Notes: a model not told the origin generated them from the sequence alone. A stretch of DNA of 64,000 nt from Eubacteriales bacterium (GCA_045652625.1 JAZRUR010000007.1:10037-74036); one strand, 5' to 3'. Shown: positions 47,581 through 57,852, counted from the first letter of the stretch. Numbers and translations: made by a program.

Positions 47581-47600
47581 ACATAACTTTATAGTATAAT
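47572..47600 (+). promoter_or_regulatory. candidate sigma-A promoter of murB-whiA-dnaE
   Basis: TTGTAA (47572-77), 17 nt, TATAAT (47595-600). Confidence 0.45.
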
Positions 47601-47625
47601 ATAGAGTGAGTTAATTTGAGAGTAG

Positions 47626-48498
47626 ATGATTATAATGAATTTTACTTATACAAAAAATGCTTGTCTTGCACCCTACTGCTCGATGAAAGTGGGCGGCAAT
47701 GCAAAGTATCTTGTACTGCCAAAAAGTGAAGAAGAACTTATTGACGCAATTCGGCATTTCCGCGAAACGGGAGAAACATACATAGTTGTAGGCAACTGTT
47801 CGAATCTTGTTTTCCCCGATTCCGGATATGACGGTGCAGTTATCGTCACTTCGGGAATAAGAGGGTTGTCTATCGAAAACAACGTAATAACCGCGTATTG
47901 CGGTGAGACCCTCTCCTCGTTTGCGAGATTCGCATGCGACAATTCGCTTACGGGGTTGGAGTTCTGCTACGGCATACCCGGAACAGTCGGCGGCGCGGTA
48001 TATATGAACGCAGGTGCTTACGGCGGTGAGATATCGCAGCATTTTCTTAACGGAAGATTTCTAAACGAAAACGGAGATATCGTTACGCTTGAACTTAACG
48101 ATATGGATTTCGGATACCGCAAAAGCCGTCTTAACAACGAAAATCTGATAATGCTTTCGGCTTCATTCGCTGCCGAAAAAGGCAATGCGGAAGAAATACG
48201 AGTAATAATGGACGGGCTTATGGCGAAGCGAAAAGCAAGTCAGCCGCTTGAATACCCGAGTTGCGGAAGTGCGTTCAAACGCCCTGTCGGATATTTTGCA
48301 GGCGCGCTCATCGAGCAATGCGGTCTTAAAGGACTTACCGTCGGGGGAGCACAGGTTTCGGAAAAACATGCTGGATTTATTATTAACCGCGAAAACGCGA
48401 CTGCAAGTGATGTTATCGAACTTTTGAATTTGGTTTCGGACACGGTTTTCGAAAAAACGGGAGTAAGACTCGAACCCGAAATAAGGATTATAGGTTAA
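47626..48498 (+). CDS. murB: UDP-N-acetylenolpyruvoylglucosamine reductase MurB
   Basis: 290 aa. FAD-binding region (VVGNCSNLVF) and SCGSAFKRP motif. Confidence 0.93.
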   Translation: MIIMNFTYTKNACLAPYCSMKVGGNAKYLVLPKSEEELIDAIRHFRETGETYIVVGNCSNLVFPDSGYDGAVIVTSGIRGLSIENNVITAYCGETLSSFARFACDNSLTGLEFCYGIPGTVGGAVYMNAGAYGGEISQHFLNGRFLNENGDIVTLELNDMDFGYRKSRLNNENLIMLSASFAAEKGNAEEIRVIMDGLMAKRKASQPLEYPSCGSAFKRPVGYFAGALIEQCGLKGLTVGGAQVSEKHAGFIINRENATASDVIELLNLVSDTVFEKTGVRLEPEIRIIG

Positions 48499-48500
48499 AA

Positions 48501-49181
48501 ATGTCTTTTTCTTCGGATATAAAACAACAATTACAGGAAAATACGCCAAAAAAGGATTGCTGCAAGGAAAATATCGAGTTAGGATTTGCACTTTTACCCT
48601 TTGACGGAAAATGCGACAAAGACGGAGGCTGTTATCTACGCGGTGTGTTTTTGAAATGCGGAAACGTAAGCGCACCGGGTCGTAACTTCATGTTATCGTT
48701 CACGCTTCCAAACGAGGAGTATGCCGAATATCTTGCCGAGTTTCTTGACAATTACGGGTTTTCCGCAAAGCGGACCATACGCAAAAACAAACCTGTGCTT
48801 TATTACAAGGCAAGCGAAAGTATAGAAGATATTCTTTCGTTCATCGGCGGCACAAAAGCGGCTTTGGATATTATAAGCGCAAAAGTCATGAGCGACGTTC
48901 GCAACACCGCAAACCGTTTATGCAATGCCGAAACCGCAAATCTCGACCGCATCGCACGCGCCGCAGCCGAGCAACGCGAAGCGATTTTGGTTATAGAACA
49001 ATACGGCGCTATGCCAAACCTAAATGCAGAACTGCGCGAATGCGCAGAACTTCGACTTGCAAATCCCGACATGAGTTTGTCGGAACTCAGGAATCTTTTC
49101 CGCGAGCCTGTCAGCAAGTCGGGACTTAATCACCGTTTCAAAAAACTTATCGAAATCGCAGAGATGCTTAAAAATACGTAA
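48501..49181 (+). CDS. whiA: DNA-binding protein WhiA, short form
   Basis: 226 aa. MSFSSDIKQQL...KDCC N-terminus, CYLRGVFLKCGNVSAP LAGLIDADG-like motif, NRLCNAETANL, and C-terminal HTH (SKSGLNHRFKKLIEIAE). Confidence 0.8.
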   Translation: MSFSSDIKQQLQENTPKKDCCKENIELGFALLPFDGKCDKDGGCYLRGVFLKCGNVSAPGRNFMLSFTLPNEEYAEYLAEFLDNYGFSAKRTIRKNKPVLYYKASESIEDILSFIGGTKAALDIISAKVMSDVRNTANRLCNAETANLDRIARAAAEQREAILVIEQYGAMPNLNAELRECAELRLANPDMSLSELRNLFREPVSKSGLNHRFKKLIEIAEMLKNT

Positions 49182-49192
49182 AAGGGTAGTTT

Positions 49193-52100
49193 ATGGGGTT
49201 TGTTCACCTACATCTGCATACCGAATACAGTTTGCTCGACGGGGAGTGCCGTATTAACGCTATTCCCGATGCCGTCATAGCAGGAAACCAAAACGCCGTC
49301 GCGATAACCGACCACGGTGTTATGTACGGCGCGGTTGAGTTCTACAAGGCTTGTATCGAAAAAGGAATAAAGCCGATAATCGGGTGCGAGGTGTATGTTG
49401 CTCCGAGGTCTATGGAGCAAAAGGACAGGCTTTTGGATTCGGACTATTCGCATCTTGTTCTGCTCGCGAAAAACGATACAGGCTACCGCAATCTTTTGGC
49501 TATCGTTTCCAAAGCATTCACCGTGGGTTTTTATTCGAAACCTCGTACAGACATAGATACCCTTACAAAATACGCCGAAGGTCTTGTTGCTCTTTCGGGT
49601 TGTATTTCGGGCAGTATCCCGAAAGCCATTTTGGCAAACGATATGTCACTTGCGCGTGAAAGAATCATCATATTCGACCGCATTTTCGGCAGAAACAACT
49701 TTTATCTCGAACTTCAACGTCACGGCATCGAAGGTCAGGAAACCGTCAACCGCGCGCTTATACGTTTCTCGCAGGAACTGAACGTGCCCCTTGTCGCAAC
49801 CAACGACGCGCACTATGTTACAAGAAACGACGCAGGCGTGCAAAAACTCCTTTCGGCTATCGCTACGGGCAATACCGTTGAAGACAGCGGATTCGGCATG
49901 GAAGGAAGCGAACATTACATCAAATCCGCGCGTGAGATGGAGCAACTGTTTGCAGACGTTCCCGAAGCGATCGAAAACACGGTTAAAATTGCCGAAATGT
50001 GCGATTTTAAGTTCGATTTCGAACACATGCATCTACCCGCATTCCGTCCTCCTAAACCTTATACATCGGAAGAATATTTGCGCAAATTATGCGATGACGG
50101 AATTGAGGAATTAATAAAATCGAACCGACTTTGCGAGGATATTTCTATCTACCGCGAACGCATCGACCATGAATTAAAGATAATTCACGGCATGGGGTTC
50201 GACGACTACATGCTTATCGTTTGGGATTTTGTCAATTACGCAAGGCGCAACAATATCCCCGTCGGTTCGGGCAGAGGAAGTGCGGTAGGCAGTCTTTGCA
50301 CCTACGTTTTGGGCATAACACAGGTAGACCCGATAAGGTTTAATCTTCTTTTCGAGCGTTTCTTAAACCCCGAAAGAGTTAGTATGCCCGATATTGATAT
50401 AGATTTCAGCGACGAGCGTCGAGGCGAGGTTATTGAATACGTTGCTTCTAAATACGGCGCGGCTCACGTTGCACAGATAATCACATTCGGCAAACTCGCC
50501 TGTCGACAAGCAGTAAGAGATGCCGGACGTGCGCTTGGAATGAGTTACTCGGCTGTCGATGAGATAGCAAAGATGATACCGCGTTATCCCGACGTTACTT
50601 TGGAATCGGCGCTTAAAGAGAACCCCGAACTTAAACGCAGAGTCGAAAACGACCCCGAGGCAAAAAAACTTATCGACTACGCATCTAAACTCGAGGGACG
50701 TCCGAGAAACACCTCTACACACGCATCGGGAGTCGTTATTACCGACGAGCCTTTGATAAATTATCTCCCCCTTGCAGTTAACGACAGCACGGTCGTTACG
50801 CAATTTCCGATGAATACGGTTGCCGATTTGGGTCTTTTGAAAATGGACTTTCTCGGTTTGCGTTTTCTTTCGATAATCCAAGGAACCGAATCGCAGATAA
50901 AAAAGCAAATACCCGACTTTTCGGCAGAGGCTTTACCGCTTGATGACGAAAAGACCTACAAAATGCTGTCCGACGGAAACGCAATGGGTATTTTCCAACT
51001 CGAAAGCGACGGCATGAGGAATCTGCTTTCCAAGTTGAAACCTCGCAATCTCGAGGACATCATATCCGTAATTTCGCTTTACCGTCCCGGACCTGCGCTT
51101 TCCATTGATGCGTTCCTTAAAAACCGTCTTAATCCCGACAAGATAGAATACGACCACCCTTGCCTTGCCGATATTCTTGCCCCGACCTGCGGTGTCATGT
51201 TATACCAAGAGCAGGTTATGCAGGTCTGCCGTGTTCTTGCAGGATATTCTTACGGCAGAGCGGATATTGTACGCCGCGCAATGGCAAAGAAAAAACAAGA
51301 AGCGATGGCGAAAGAGAAGGACATCTTCCTTTCGGGCGCGATGCAAAACGGAGTTACTGCCGAAGTTGCCGAAAGGGTTTTCGACAAAATGGCGGAATTC
51401 GCAAAATACGCATTCAACAAAAGCCACGCGGCGGCATATGCGGTCGTTGCATACCGAACGGCTTGGCTGAAATGCCATTATCCGCGTGAATATATGTGTT
51501 CGCTGCTTAACACCGTCATGGGCTATGACGAAAAAGTCGGCGACTATATCGCAGACTGTGCGAGAATGGGAATAAAGATTCTTCCGCCGAGAGTGAACGA
51601 AAGTTACGGCAGTTTTTCGGTCGAGGGCAATGACCTTCGTTTCGGATTGGCGGCCATTAAAAACGTCGGTGCACTTTTCGCAGAACGCATAATCAACGAA
51701 CGAAACAGAAAAAGGTTCAAAAACGTCGAGGACTTTTTGACACGGTGTGCGCAGTTCGGAAGTATAAAGACTTTTGAATCTTTAGTATTAGCAGGTGCGT
51801 TAGACGAATTCGGCATACCGCGAAGCCATTTACTTGCCGGTTTATCACACGCGCTTGAAACCGTCACCAAGGACAAAAGGAACAACGCCGAGGGACAGAT
51901 GAGTCTTTTCGGAGGCGACACTTCGATAAGCGAAACCGTTTTCGAATTCCCGAAATCCACGCTTCCCGAGTTACAAAGAAGCGAGATTTTAAAAGGCGAA
52001 AAAGAAATGACGGGGCTTTATTTTTCGGGGCATCCGCTTGACGGCTACACCGATATCCAAAAACGGATAGGCGCATTAACCATAGCCGAAATACGCGAAC

Positions 52101-52672
52101 GTCTTGAAAACGGAAGTCTGAAAAAAAATAATTTAATAAAATTTGTCGGTCTTGTAACAAAAAAACGCTCGAAAGTTACAAAAAAGAATGATATAATGGC
52201 ATTCGTGACGGCAGAAGACGAGTCGGGCGAAGCAGAAGTTATTGTTTTTCCGACACTTTACAACGAATTAGGCGGCATCATATCCGAAAACAAGGTGCTT
52301 GTTTTCACAGGGAATCCCGAAATTAAGGAAGTCTACGGCGACGAAACCGCCGACAACGTAACGATTCTATTAAAATCGGTCGATACCCCCGAATCGGTTT
52401 TGGAATCAACTCAGCAAAAAACAGTGACCGAAAAGGAAACCGATAAAAACACAGACAAGTCGCTTTATATAAAAGTAACCGATAAAAACGCCCACCGATT
52501 GGACGACGCTATCGCGTTAGCCTCAAAGACCGTAGGCAACTCGCGCATACTTGTCTATTTCGAAGCGGAAAAACGGCTTGCCGCCGCAAAAGGTAAGACA
52601 ACCAACCTTTCCGAACGGATTATAAACCAACTTAAGACGTTAATGGGAAACGAGAATATAGCGATAAAGTAA
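49193..52672 (+). CDS. dnaE: DNA polymerase III alpha subunit DnaE
   Basis: 1159 aa. PHP domain FVHLHLHTEYSLLDG, palm motif PDIDIDF, and a C-terminal OB fold. Confidence 0.96.
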   Translation: MGFVHLHLHTEYSLLDGECRINAIPDAVIAGNQNAVAITDHGVMYGAVEFYKACIEKGIKPIIGCEVYVAPRSMEQKDRLLDSDYSHLVLLAKNDTGYRNLLAIVSKAFTVGFYSKPRTDIDTLTKYAEGLVALSGCISGSIPKAILANDMSLARERIIIFDRIFGRNNFYLELQRHGIEGQETVNRALIRFSQELNVPLVATNDAHYVTRNDAGVQKLLSAIATGNTVEDSGFGMEGSEHYIKSAREMEQLFADVPEAIENTVKIAEMCDFKFDFEHMHLPAFRPPKPYTSEEYLRKLCDDGIEELIKSNRLCEDISIYRERIDHELKIIHGMGFDDYMLIVWDFVNYARRNNIPVGSGRGSAVGSLCTYVLGITQVDPIRFNLLFERFLNPERVSMPDIDIDFSDERRGEVIEYVASKYGAAHVAQIITFGKLACRQAVRDAGRALGMSYSAVDEIAKMIPRYPDVTLESALKENPELKRRVENDPEAKKLIDYASKLEGRPRNTSTHASGVVITDEPLINYLPLAVNDSTVVTQFPMNTVADLGLLKMDFLGLRFLSIIQGTESQIKKQIPDFSAEALPLDDEKTYKMLSDGNAMGIFQLESDGMRNLLSKLKPRNLEDIISVISLYRPGPALSIDAFLKNRLNPDKIEYDHPCLADILAPTCGVMLYQEQVMQVCRVLAGYSYGRADIVRRAMAKKKQEAMAKEKDIFLSGAMQNGVTAEVAERVFDKMAEFAKYAFNKSHAAAYAVVAYRTAWLKCHYPREYMCSLLNTVMGYDEKVGDYIADCARMGIKILPPRVNESYGSFSVEGNDLRFGLAAIKNVGALFAERIINERNRKRFKNVEDFLTRCAQFGSIKTFESLVLAGALDEFGIPRSHLLAGLSHALETVTKDKRNNAEGQMSLFGGDTSISETVFEFPKSTLPELQRSEILKGEKEMTGLYFSGHPLDGYTDIQKRIGALTIAEIRERLENGSLKKNNLIKFVGLVTKKRSKVTKKNDIMAFVTAEDESGEAEVIVFPTLYNELGGIISENKVLVFTGNPEIKEVYGDETADNVTILLKSVDTPESVLESTQQKTVTEKETDKNTDKSLYIKVTDKNAHRLDDAIALASKTVGNSRILVYFEAEKRLAAAKGKTTNLSERIINQLKTLMGNENIAIK

Positions 52673-52697
52673 ACACACCGAAAGGAGTTTGCCGAAT

Positions 52698-55427
52698 ATG
52701 CAGGATAATCAAAATCTAAACAATGGCGAGATGAACGACAATCAAGCCACACGTAATTTTGAACCTATAACCAAAGACACGGGTTCCGATACAAAACCCT
52801 TTGATGCAATCAACGGCAACGATAAAAATCAAGAAAAGGAAAATAAGAAAGAAAGCGAGAATAAAAATTCCAAAACTTCTCGCGCGGCAAAAGCAACCGC
52901 AACGAGCATACTTTTTGTCTTGCGCAAAGCACTTACTTATCTCCTTAATATTTTGCTGACCGTTCTTGTAATAGGCATCATCACAGGTGCGGTCGTTGCA
53001 CTTGCGTTCGTTGTTTATATCAAAAACTACGTCGATCCGAATTATACGGGGCTTGATAACCTTAAGTTCGACTCGGCGCTATCGACAACGATGTATTACG
53101 TGAATTCCAACGGTGAAGAGGTCTTGCTTGAAGAAGACACCCTAAGCAGCAGCGAAAACCGTCTGTGGACAAAGTATTCGGAAATTCCGCAAAACCTTAT
53201 CGACGCTTACATCGCTGTTGAAGACCAACGTTTTTACGAACACAACGGCGTAGACACTACAAGAACCGCGTCGGCTATCTATAACTTCTTTATACCGACG
53301 AGTTCCAACTACGGCGGCGGTTCTACAATAACCCAACAACTTATAAAAAACGTTTCGGGCGAAAATGACGCTACGATACAACGTAAAGTTCAGGAAATTT
53401 TCCGCGCTCTTAACGTTGAAGAAAAATACACGAAAAATGAGATACTCGAAATGTATCTCAATACGATTTATCTCTCTCACGGCTCATACGGTGTTCGTGT
53501 TGCCGCCGAAACCTATTTCGGCAAGGAACTAGGCGAACTCACTCTTGCCGAATGCGCGTCTATCGCTTCTATCGGTAAATGGCCGACACACTACGACCCG
53601 ATATCTAACCCCAAGAACAATCTTACAAGACGTAATCTTGTCCTTAAACTGATGCTCGAACAAGGAAAGATATCGCAAGAGGAGTTTGACGAAGCATACG
53701 ATTCGCCGATAACCCTTGCCGAGGGCGAAGAAGAAACAGAAACCAATTCTATCCACTCCTACTATATCGACGCAGTCATGGATGATGTTATAGCCGACCT
53801 TATGGCAGAATACGGTTATGACAAGGTTACCGCTTCGCAGGTTCTGTTTTCGGGCGGACTTCAAATAGTCACTTGTCTTGATCCGGCAATTCAAAAATGT
53901 GCCGAAAAGGTATTTACCGACAGCAGTTACTGGCCCCAAACAACGGGTATGCAGGCGCAGTCGGCAATCACGGTCATGGACCCCGAAACCGGCAATCTAC
54001 TTGCGATAGTAGGCGGACTCGGCGAAAAACGCGAAAGCAGAGGTCTTAACCGCGCCACACAATCACACCGCCAATGCGGTTCTTCGATCAAACCCGTATC
54101 AATATATGCACTTGCACTTGAAAGCGGATATATAACAGGTATATCTCCGTTGATCGATATACCTCCCGTTTATGATGAAGCAACGGGAACTTATTGGCCT
54201 CGTAACTCAAACGGCCAATACGCAGGTTTTGTTTCTCCCGATTATGCTATTCAGGTTTCTCTTAACTCTATTGTCGTTCACCTTTGTGAAACAATGGGAG
54301 TAGATACGGTATACAACAACTTCAAAGATTACGGATATACGTCGCTTGTCGATACCATGACAACGGCAAACGGCACCGTTCTTTCGGACATCGGTACCTC
54401 ACCTCTTGCGCTCGGCGGTCTTACCGTAGGTGTTTCGGTGCGTGAGCATACTCAAGCGTACGCTACACTTGCAAACAGCGGTATCACCTCCAAAGCGCGT
54501 ACCTATTCGGTAGTACGTGACAGTTCCGGCAAAGTGATTCTTGACAACAGCGAAGAACATCGCGTTAAATACAGCGAAGCAACGACCGCTGTTCTTACCG
54601 AACTTCTTACTCACGTTGTTTCGGGTCCCTACGGTACTGCGGTATCGAGAGTTAATTTCTGGAGCAAATACGGTGTTGACTGTGCCGGTAAAACAGGTAC
54701 TACCAACGATAAGCGCGACGTTTACTTTGCAGGTTACACACCCGACTTTGTCGCTTGTTGTTGGTACGGATATGACCGCAACAACGTAATTACCGCATCG
54801 GGTAACCCTGCGGCAAGTCTTTGGAACAGCGTTTTCGATGAAATATATAAATATTACAAAGAAAACAACATCGACTACACCAAAAAGTTTGAAGTTCCGT
54901 CTTCTGTGGTAGAAAACGTTGAGTATTGTACCGTTTCGGGCAAAATACCCACCGACGCTTGTAGAAAAGACCTTTGCGCTCAAAAAGGCGGTTTGAGTTG
55001 TATCGCATACGGAACCTGCAACAAATACGATGTGCCTACCGAATATTGTGATGCGCACGTAATGGTTCAATGGGACAAAAATACAGGTGCTGTCTGTCTT
55101 GACGGATGCGGTTGTCCCGAAGAAGATCTTATAGAAGTCGGTCTACGTAAAGTATCAATCAACGACCGCGCTCTTCAAGGTTACGTAACCGTTGTCGATG
55201 CCCAATATTTATACATGGACGTCCCGAACGGATATGTTTACCCCACCAACCCCAACGTACCGTTCTACCAGAATCTTCTCCCCGAAGATATAAACTTCGG
55301 ATTTTCGGTAAGCACGAAACCCGCAAACCGCGTTTGTTTGGAACACCTTGAAAATACCGACGAACCCGAAAATTCTGACGAACCCGAAACTTCCGACGAA
55401 CCGGAAGAACAGGAAGAACAGGAATAA
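52698..55427 (+). CDS. bifunctional class A penicillin-binding protein (PBP1A-type)
   Basis: ATG 52698 after AAAGGAG (ORF-track TTG 52689). Transglycosylase motifs EDQRFYEHNGVD and RKVQE, and transpeptidase motifs SSIK and KTGTT. N-terminal cytoplasmic tail plus TM. C-terminal Cys-rich region and acidic tail. Confidence 0.93.
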   Translation: MQDNQNLNNGEMNDNQATRNFEPITKDTGSDTKPFDAINGNDKNQEKENKKESENKNSKTSRAAKATATSILFVLRKALTYLLNILLTVLVIGIITGAVVALAFVVYIKNYVDPNYTGLDNLKFDSALSTTMYYVNSNGEEVLLEEDTLSSSENRLWTKYSEIPQNLIDAYIAVEDQRFYEHNGVDTTRTASAIYNFFIPTSSNYGGGSTITQQLIKNVSGENDATIQRKVQEIFRALNVEEKYTKNEILEMYLNTIYLSHGSYGVRVAAETYFGKELGELTLAECASIASIGKWPTHYDPISNPKNNLTRRNLVLKLMLEQGKISQEEFDEAYDSPITLAEGEEETETNSIHSYYIDAVMDDVIADLMAEYGYDKVTASQVLFSGGLQIVTCLDPAIQKCAEKVFTDSSYWPQTTGMQAQSAITVMDPETGNLLAIVGGLGEKRESRGLNRATQSHRQCGSSIKPVSIYALALESGYITGISPLIDIPPVYDEATGTYWPRNSNGQYAGFVSPDYAIQVSLNSIVVHLCETMGVDTVYNNFKDYGYTSLVDTMTTANGTVLSDIGTSPLALGGLTVGVSVREHTQAYATLANSGITSKARTYSVVRDSSGKVILDNSEEHRVKYSEATTAVLTELLTHVVSGPYGTAVSRVNFWSKYGVDCAGKTGTTNDKRDVYFAGYTPDFVACCWYGYDRNNVITASGNPAASLWNSVFDEIYKYYKENNIDYTKKFEVPSSVVENVEYCTVSGKIPTDACRKDLCAQKGGLSCIAYGTCNKYDVPTEYCDAHVMVQWDKNTGAVCLDGCGCPEEDLIEVGLRKVSINDRALQGYVTVVDAQYLYMDVPNGYVYPTNPNVPFYQNLLPEDINFGFSVSTKPANRVCLEHLENTDEPENSDEPETSDEPEEQEEQE
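55359..55412. repeat. 3 x 18-nt in-frame tandem repeat at the PBP1A 3' end
   Basis: GACGAACCCGAAAATTCT / GACGAACCCGAAACTTCC / GACGAACCGGAAGAACAG, encoding DEPENS-DEPETS-DEPEEQ. Confidence 0.9.
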
Positions 55428-55440
55428 ACACCTAAAAAAC

Positions 55441-55473
55441 AAAATCACCTGTTTAAGTAAAACAGGTGATTTT
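55441..55473. terminator. bidirectional intrinsic terminator
   Basis: AAAATCACCTGTT/AACAGGTGATTTT 13-bp stem with a 7-nt loop and T-run, between convergent PBP1A and the VOC gene. Confidence 0.8.
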
Positions 55474-55477
55474 TTCT

Positions 55478-55873
55478 TTATATTTCTTTGAAGAATTCTA
55501 CCAGTTCGCCGTCGGGGCCGTAAACAAAGGCGACTTTCATTTTTATCGGCGGGACCGCATCGGGAGGAGATGCCTCATAGGGCGCCTGTTTTGAGGTTGC
55601 GCCCGAATTTATTGCGGTTTCGTATGCCGAATCCACATCATCGGCGCGGAAGGCAAGATGAAGAAAACGCTCGTCAACGCGTTCGCGGTCTTCACCGCCC
55701 GCGAAAATTTCGATACAGCCGCCGTCGCCCATGTCAAGCATAACAGCGCGTCTGTCGCCCTCTCCCCAACGAACACGTTCTTTAAGGCCGAGAGATTTAT
55801 AAAAGTTCACGGTTTTATCAAAATCACTCGCTTTAAGCGCGATGTGATGAAAACCTTTTACGATTCCGTTCAT
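55478..55873 (-). CDS. VOC/glyoxalase-family protein
   Basis: 131 aa. The FHHIALKASDFDKTVNFYKSLGL pattern of the vicinal oxygen chelate fold. Confidence 0.8.
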   Translation of the reverse strand: MNGIVKGFHHIALKASDFDKTVNFYKSLGLKERVRWGEGDRRAVMLDMGDGGCIEIFAGGEDRERVDERFLHLAFRADDVDSAYETAINSGATSKQAPYEASPPDAVPPIKMKVAFVYGPDGELVEFFKEI

Positions 55874-57744
55874 CTTTTCTTTCCCTTTCTTGTTTTGTTA
55901 TTCCTTTTATTATCGGAAGTACTTTTACGAGGAGCATTATTCTTTTGATTCGAATACTGTTTTTGGACTTCTGGACGCACAAGGCAGTCCTTGCCAAAAC
56001 CGATAAGGTCTTCCCTACCTGCCTTTTTTAAGGCTTTACGCACAAGGGGCGCATTTGCAGGACGCGCAAACTGAAGCAAAGCGCGTTGCATCTGTTTTTC
56101 CTCATAATCCCGCGCAACATACACACTCTTGCCACTTTCGGGGTCTATTTCGGTATAGAACATACATGTAGATGCCGTACCGGGGGTAGGATAAAAATCC
56201 TGCACCTGTTCGGGGTTAAGTTTATTCCGTTTAAGATAAAGCGCCAATTCAACCGCAGAATCAAGGGTGCTGCCGGGGTGCGAGGAGATAAGATAAGGCA
56301 CGATATACTGTTCTTTCCCTGCCTCTTTGGTGAGTTGCGCGAACTTTGCTTTGAATCTGTCGTATTCTTCGATTTGCGGTTTGCCCATGAATTTTAGCAC
56401 GTCGTTACAGCAATGTTCGGGCGCAACTTTCAGATGGCCACTCACGTGGTCGTTTACAAGTTTACGGAAGAATTTAGGGTTTTTATCGGCAAGTATATAG
56501 TCATACCGCAATCCCGAACGTATAAACACCTTTTTTACACCGCCAACCGCTTCGACCGCTTTTAACAGGTCGATATATTCGCTGTGGTCGACCTGTAGAT
56601 TCTTACAGACCGACGGAGCAAGGCAATTTTTACCTTTGCACACGCCGTATTTTTTAGCCTTTTCGCAGCCGTTTGTACGGAAATTAGCGCTCGGACCGCC
56701 GACGTCGTGTATATACCCTTTAAAATCGGGCATGGCGACTATTTTCTCTGCTTCCGCAACGCAGGATTCTATCGAACGTGACGTGACCGTTCTGCCTTGA
56801 TGAAAGGCTATTGAGCAGAAATTACAGCCGCCGAAACAACCTCTGTTATGCGCGATAGAGAACTTAACTTCCTCTATCGCAGGAACACCGCCGTGTTTTT
56901 CATACGACGGATGGTATGTACGCATATACGGCAGAGAATAAACGGCATCGAGTTCTTTACGGGTAAGCGGCGGCATTGGAGGGTTCTGAACCAATATTTT
57001 ATTGTCATATCCCTCGATTATCGCTTTACCGTATATATGGTCTTGGTTGTCGGACTGTATCTTAAACGCGTTTGCAAACGCCCTCTTATCACTTTTTATA
57101 TCGTCAAACTCACCGCAGAACACCGAATCAAAATGGGGTTCAAAGTCACGCGATTCCAAAAAGCATGTACCTCTGACGTCGCGTATCTTCTTTATCGGCA
57201 CCGATTTATCAAGCAAAAAGGCAAGACGTCTTAAAATATTCTCGCCCATGCCGTAGGTGAGAATATCGGCTCGTGAATCGACAAGTACGCTACGGCGAAC
57301 TGTATCGCTCCAATAATCGTAATGCGCAAACCGTCTTGTCGATGCCTCTAAACCGCCTATAATTATAGGAACGTTGCCATAGGCTTCGCGGATACGGTTA
57401 CAATATACTATAACGGCTCTGTCGGGGCGCTTTCCTATCTTGCCCCCCGCAGAGTAATAATCGTCGTTACGGCGTTTTTTGGAAGCGGTATAGTGCGCGA
57501 CCATAGAATCTATATTTCCCGCATTAACCAAAAACGCCAATCTCGGCTTGCCAAAACGCATAAAATCGTTCTTGCTTTTATAATCGGGTTGCGGTATAAT
57601 TGCAACAGAATATCCCTCTGCTTCAAGTACGCGCGATATGATCGCCGTGCCGAACGAGGGGTGGTCAACATACGCATCGCCCGTAACAATTATAAAATCG
57701 GGTTGATAATCTATTTCATTTGCAAAAATAGGCAAAAAAGGCAT
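55870..57744 (-). CDS. ygiQ: YgiQ-family radical SAM protein (UPF0313)
   Basis: 624 aa. N-terminus DFIIVTGDAYVDHPSFG, radical SAM cluster CFGGCNFCSI, and a basic C-terminal tail. Confidence 0.88.
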   Translation of the reverse strand: MPFLPIFANEIDYQPDFIIVTGDAYVDHPSFGTAIISRVLEAEGYSVAIIPQPDYKSKNDFMRFGKPRLAFLVNAGNIDSMVAHYTASKKRRNDDYYSAGGKIGKRPDRAVIVYCNRIREAYGNVPIIIGGLEASTRRFAHYDYWSDTVRRSVLVDSRADILTYGMGENILRRLAFLLDKSVPIKKIRDVRGTCFLESRDFEPHFDSVFCGEFDDIKSDKRAFANAFKIQSDNQDHIYGKAIIEGYDNKILVQNPPMPPLTRKELDAVYSLPYMRTYHPSYEKHGGVPAIEEVKFSIAHNRGCFGGCNFCSIAFHQGRTVTSRSIESCVAEAEKIVAMPDFKGYIHDVGGPSANFRTNGCEKAKKYGVCKGKNCLAPSVCKNLQVDHSEYIDLLKAVEAVGGVKKVFIRSGLRYDYILADKNPKFFRKLVNDHVSGHLKVAPEHCCNDVLKFMGKPQIEEYDRFKAKFAQLTKEAGKEQYIVPYLISSHPGSTLDSAVELALYLKRNKLNPEQVQDFYPTPGTASTCMFYTEIDPESGKSVYVARDYEEKQMQRALLQFARPANAPLVRKALKKAGREDLIGFGKDCLVRPEVQKQYSNQKNNAPRKSTSDNKRNNKTRKGKKR

Positions 57745-57822
57745 ATCAACTTTGCTCCTTTTGAATATACTGATATTTTATCATCTAAAATAAAAAAAGT
57801 AAAGGAAAATATAATTTTCCTA

Positions 57823-57851
57823 TTGACAAACAGAAAAGTATATGTTAATCT
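57823..57851 (+). promoter_or_regulatory. sigma-A-type promoter of perR-rbr
   Basis: TTGACA (57823-28), 17 nt, TAATCT (57846-51), with an extended TGn at 57843-45. Confidence 0.55.
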
Positions 57852-57852
57852 C

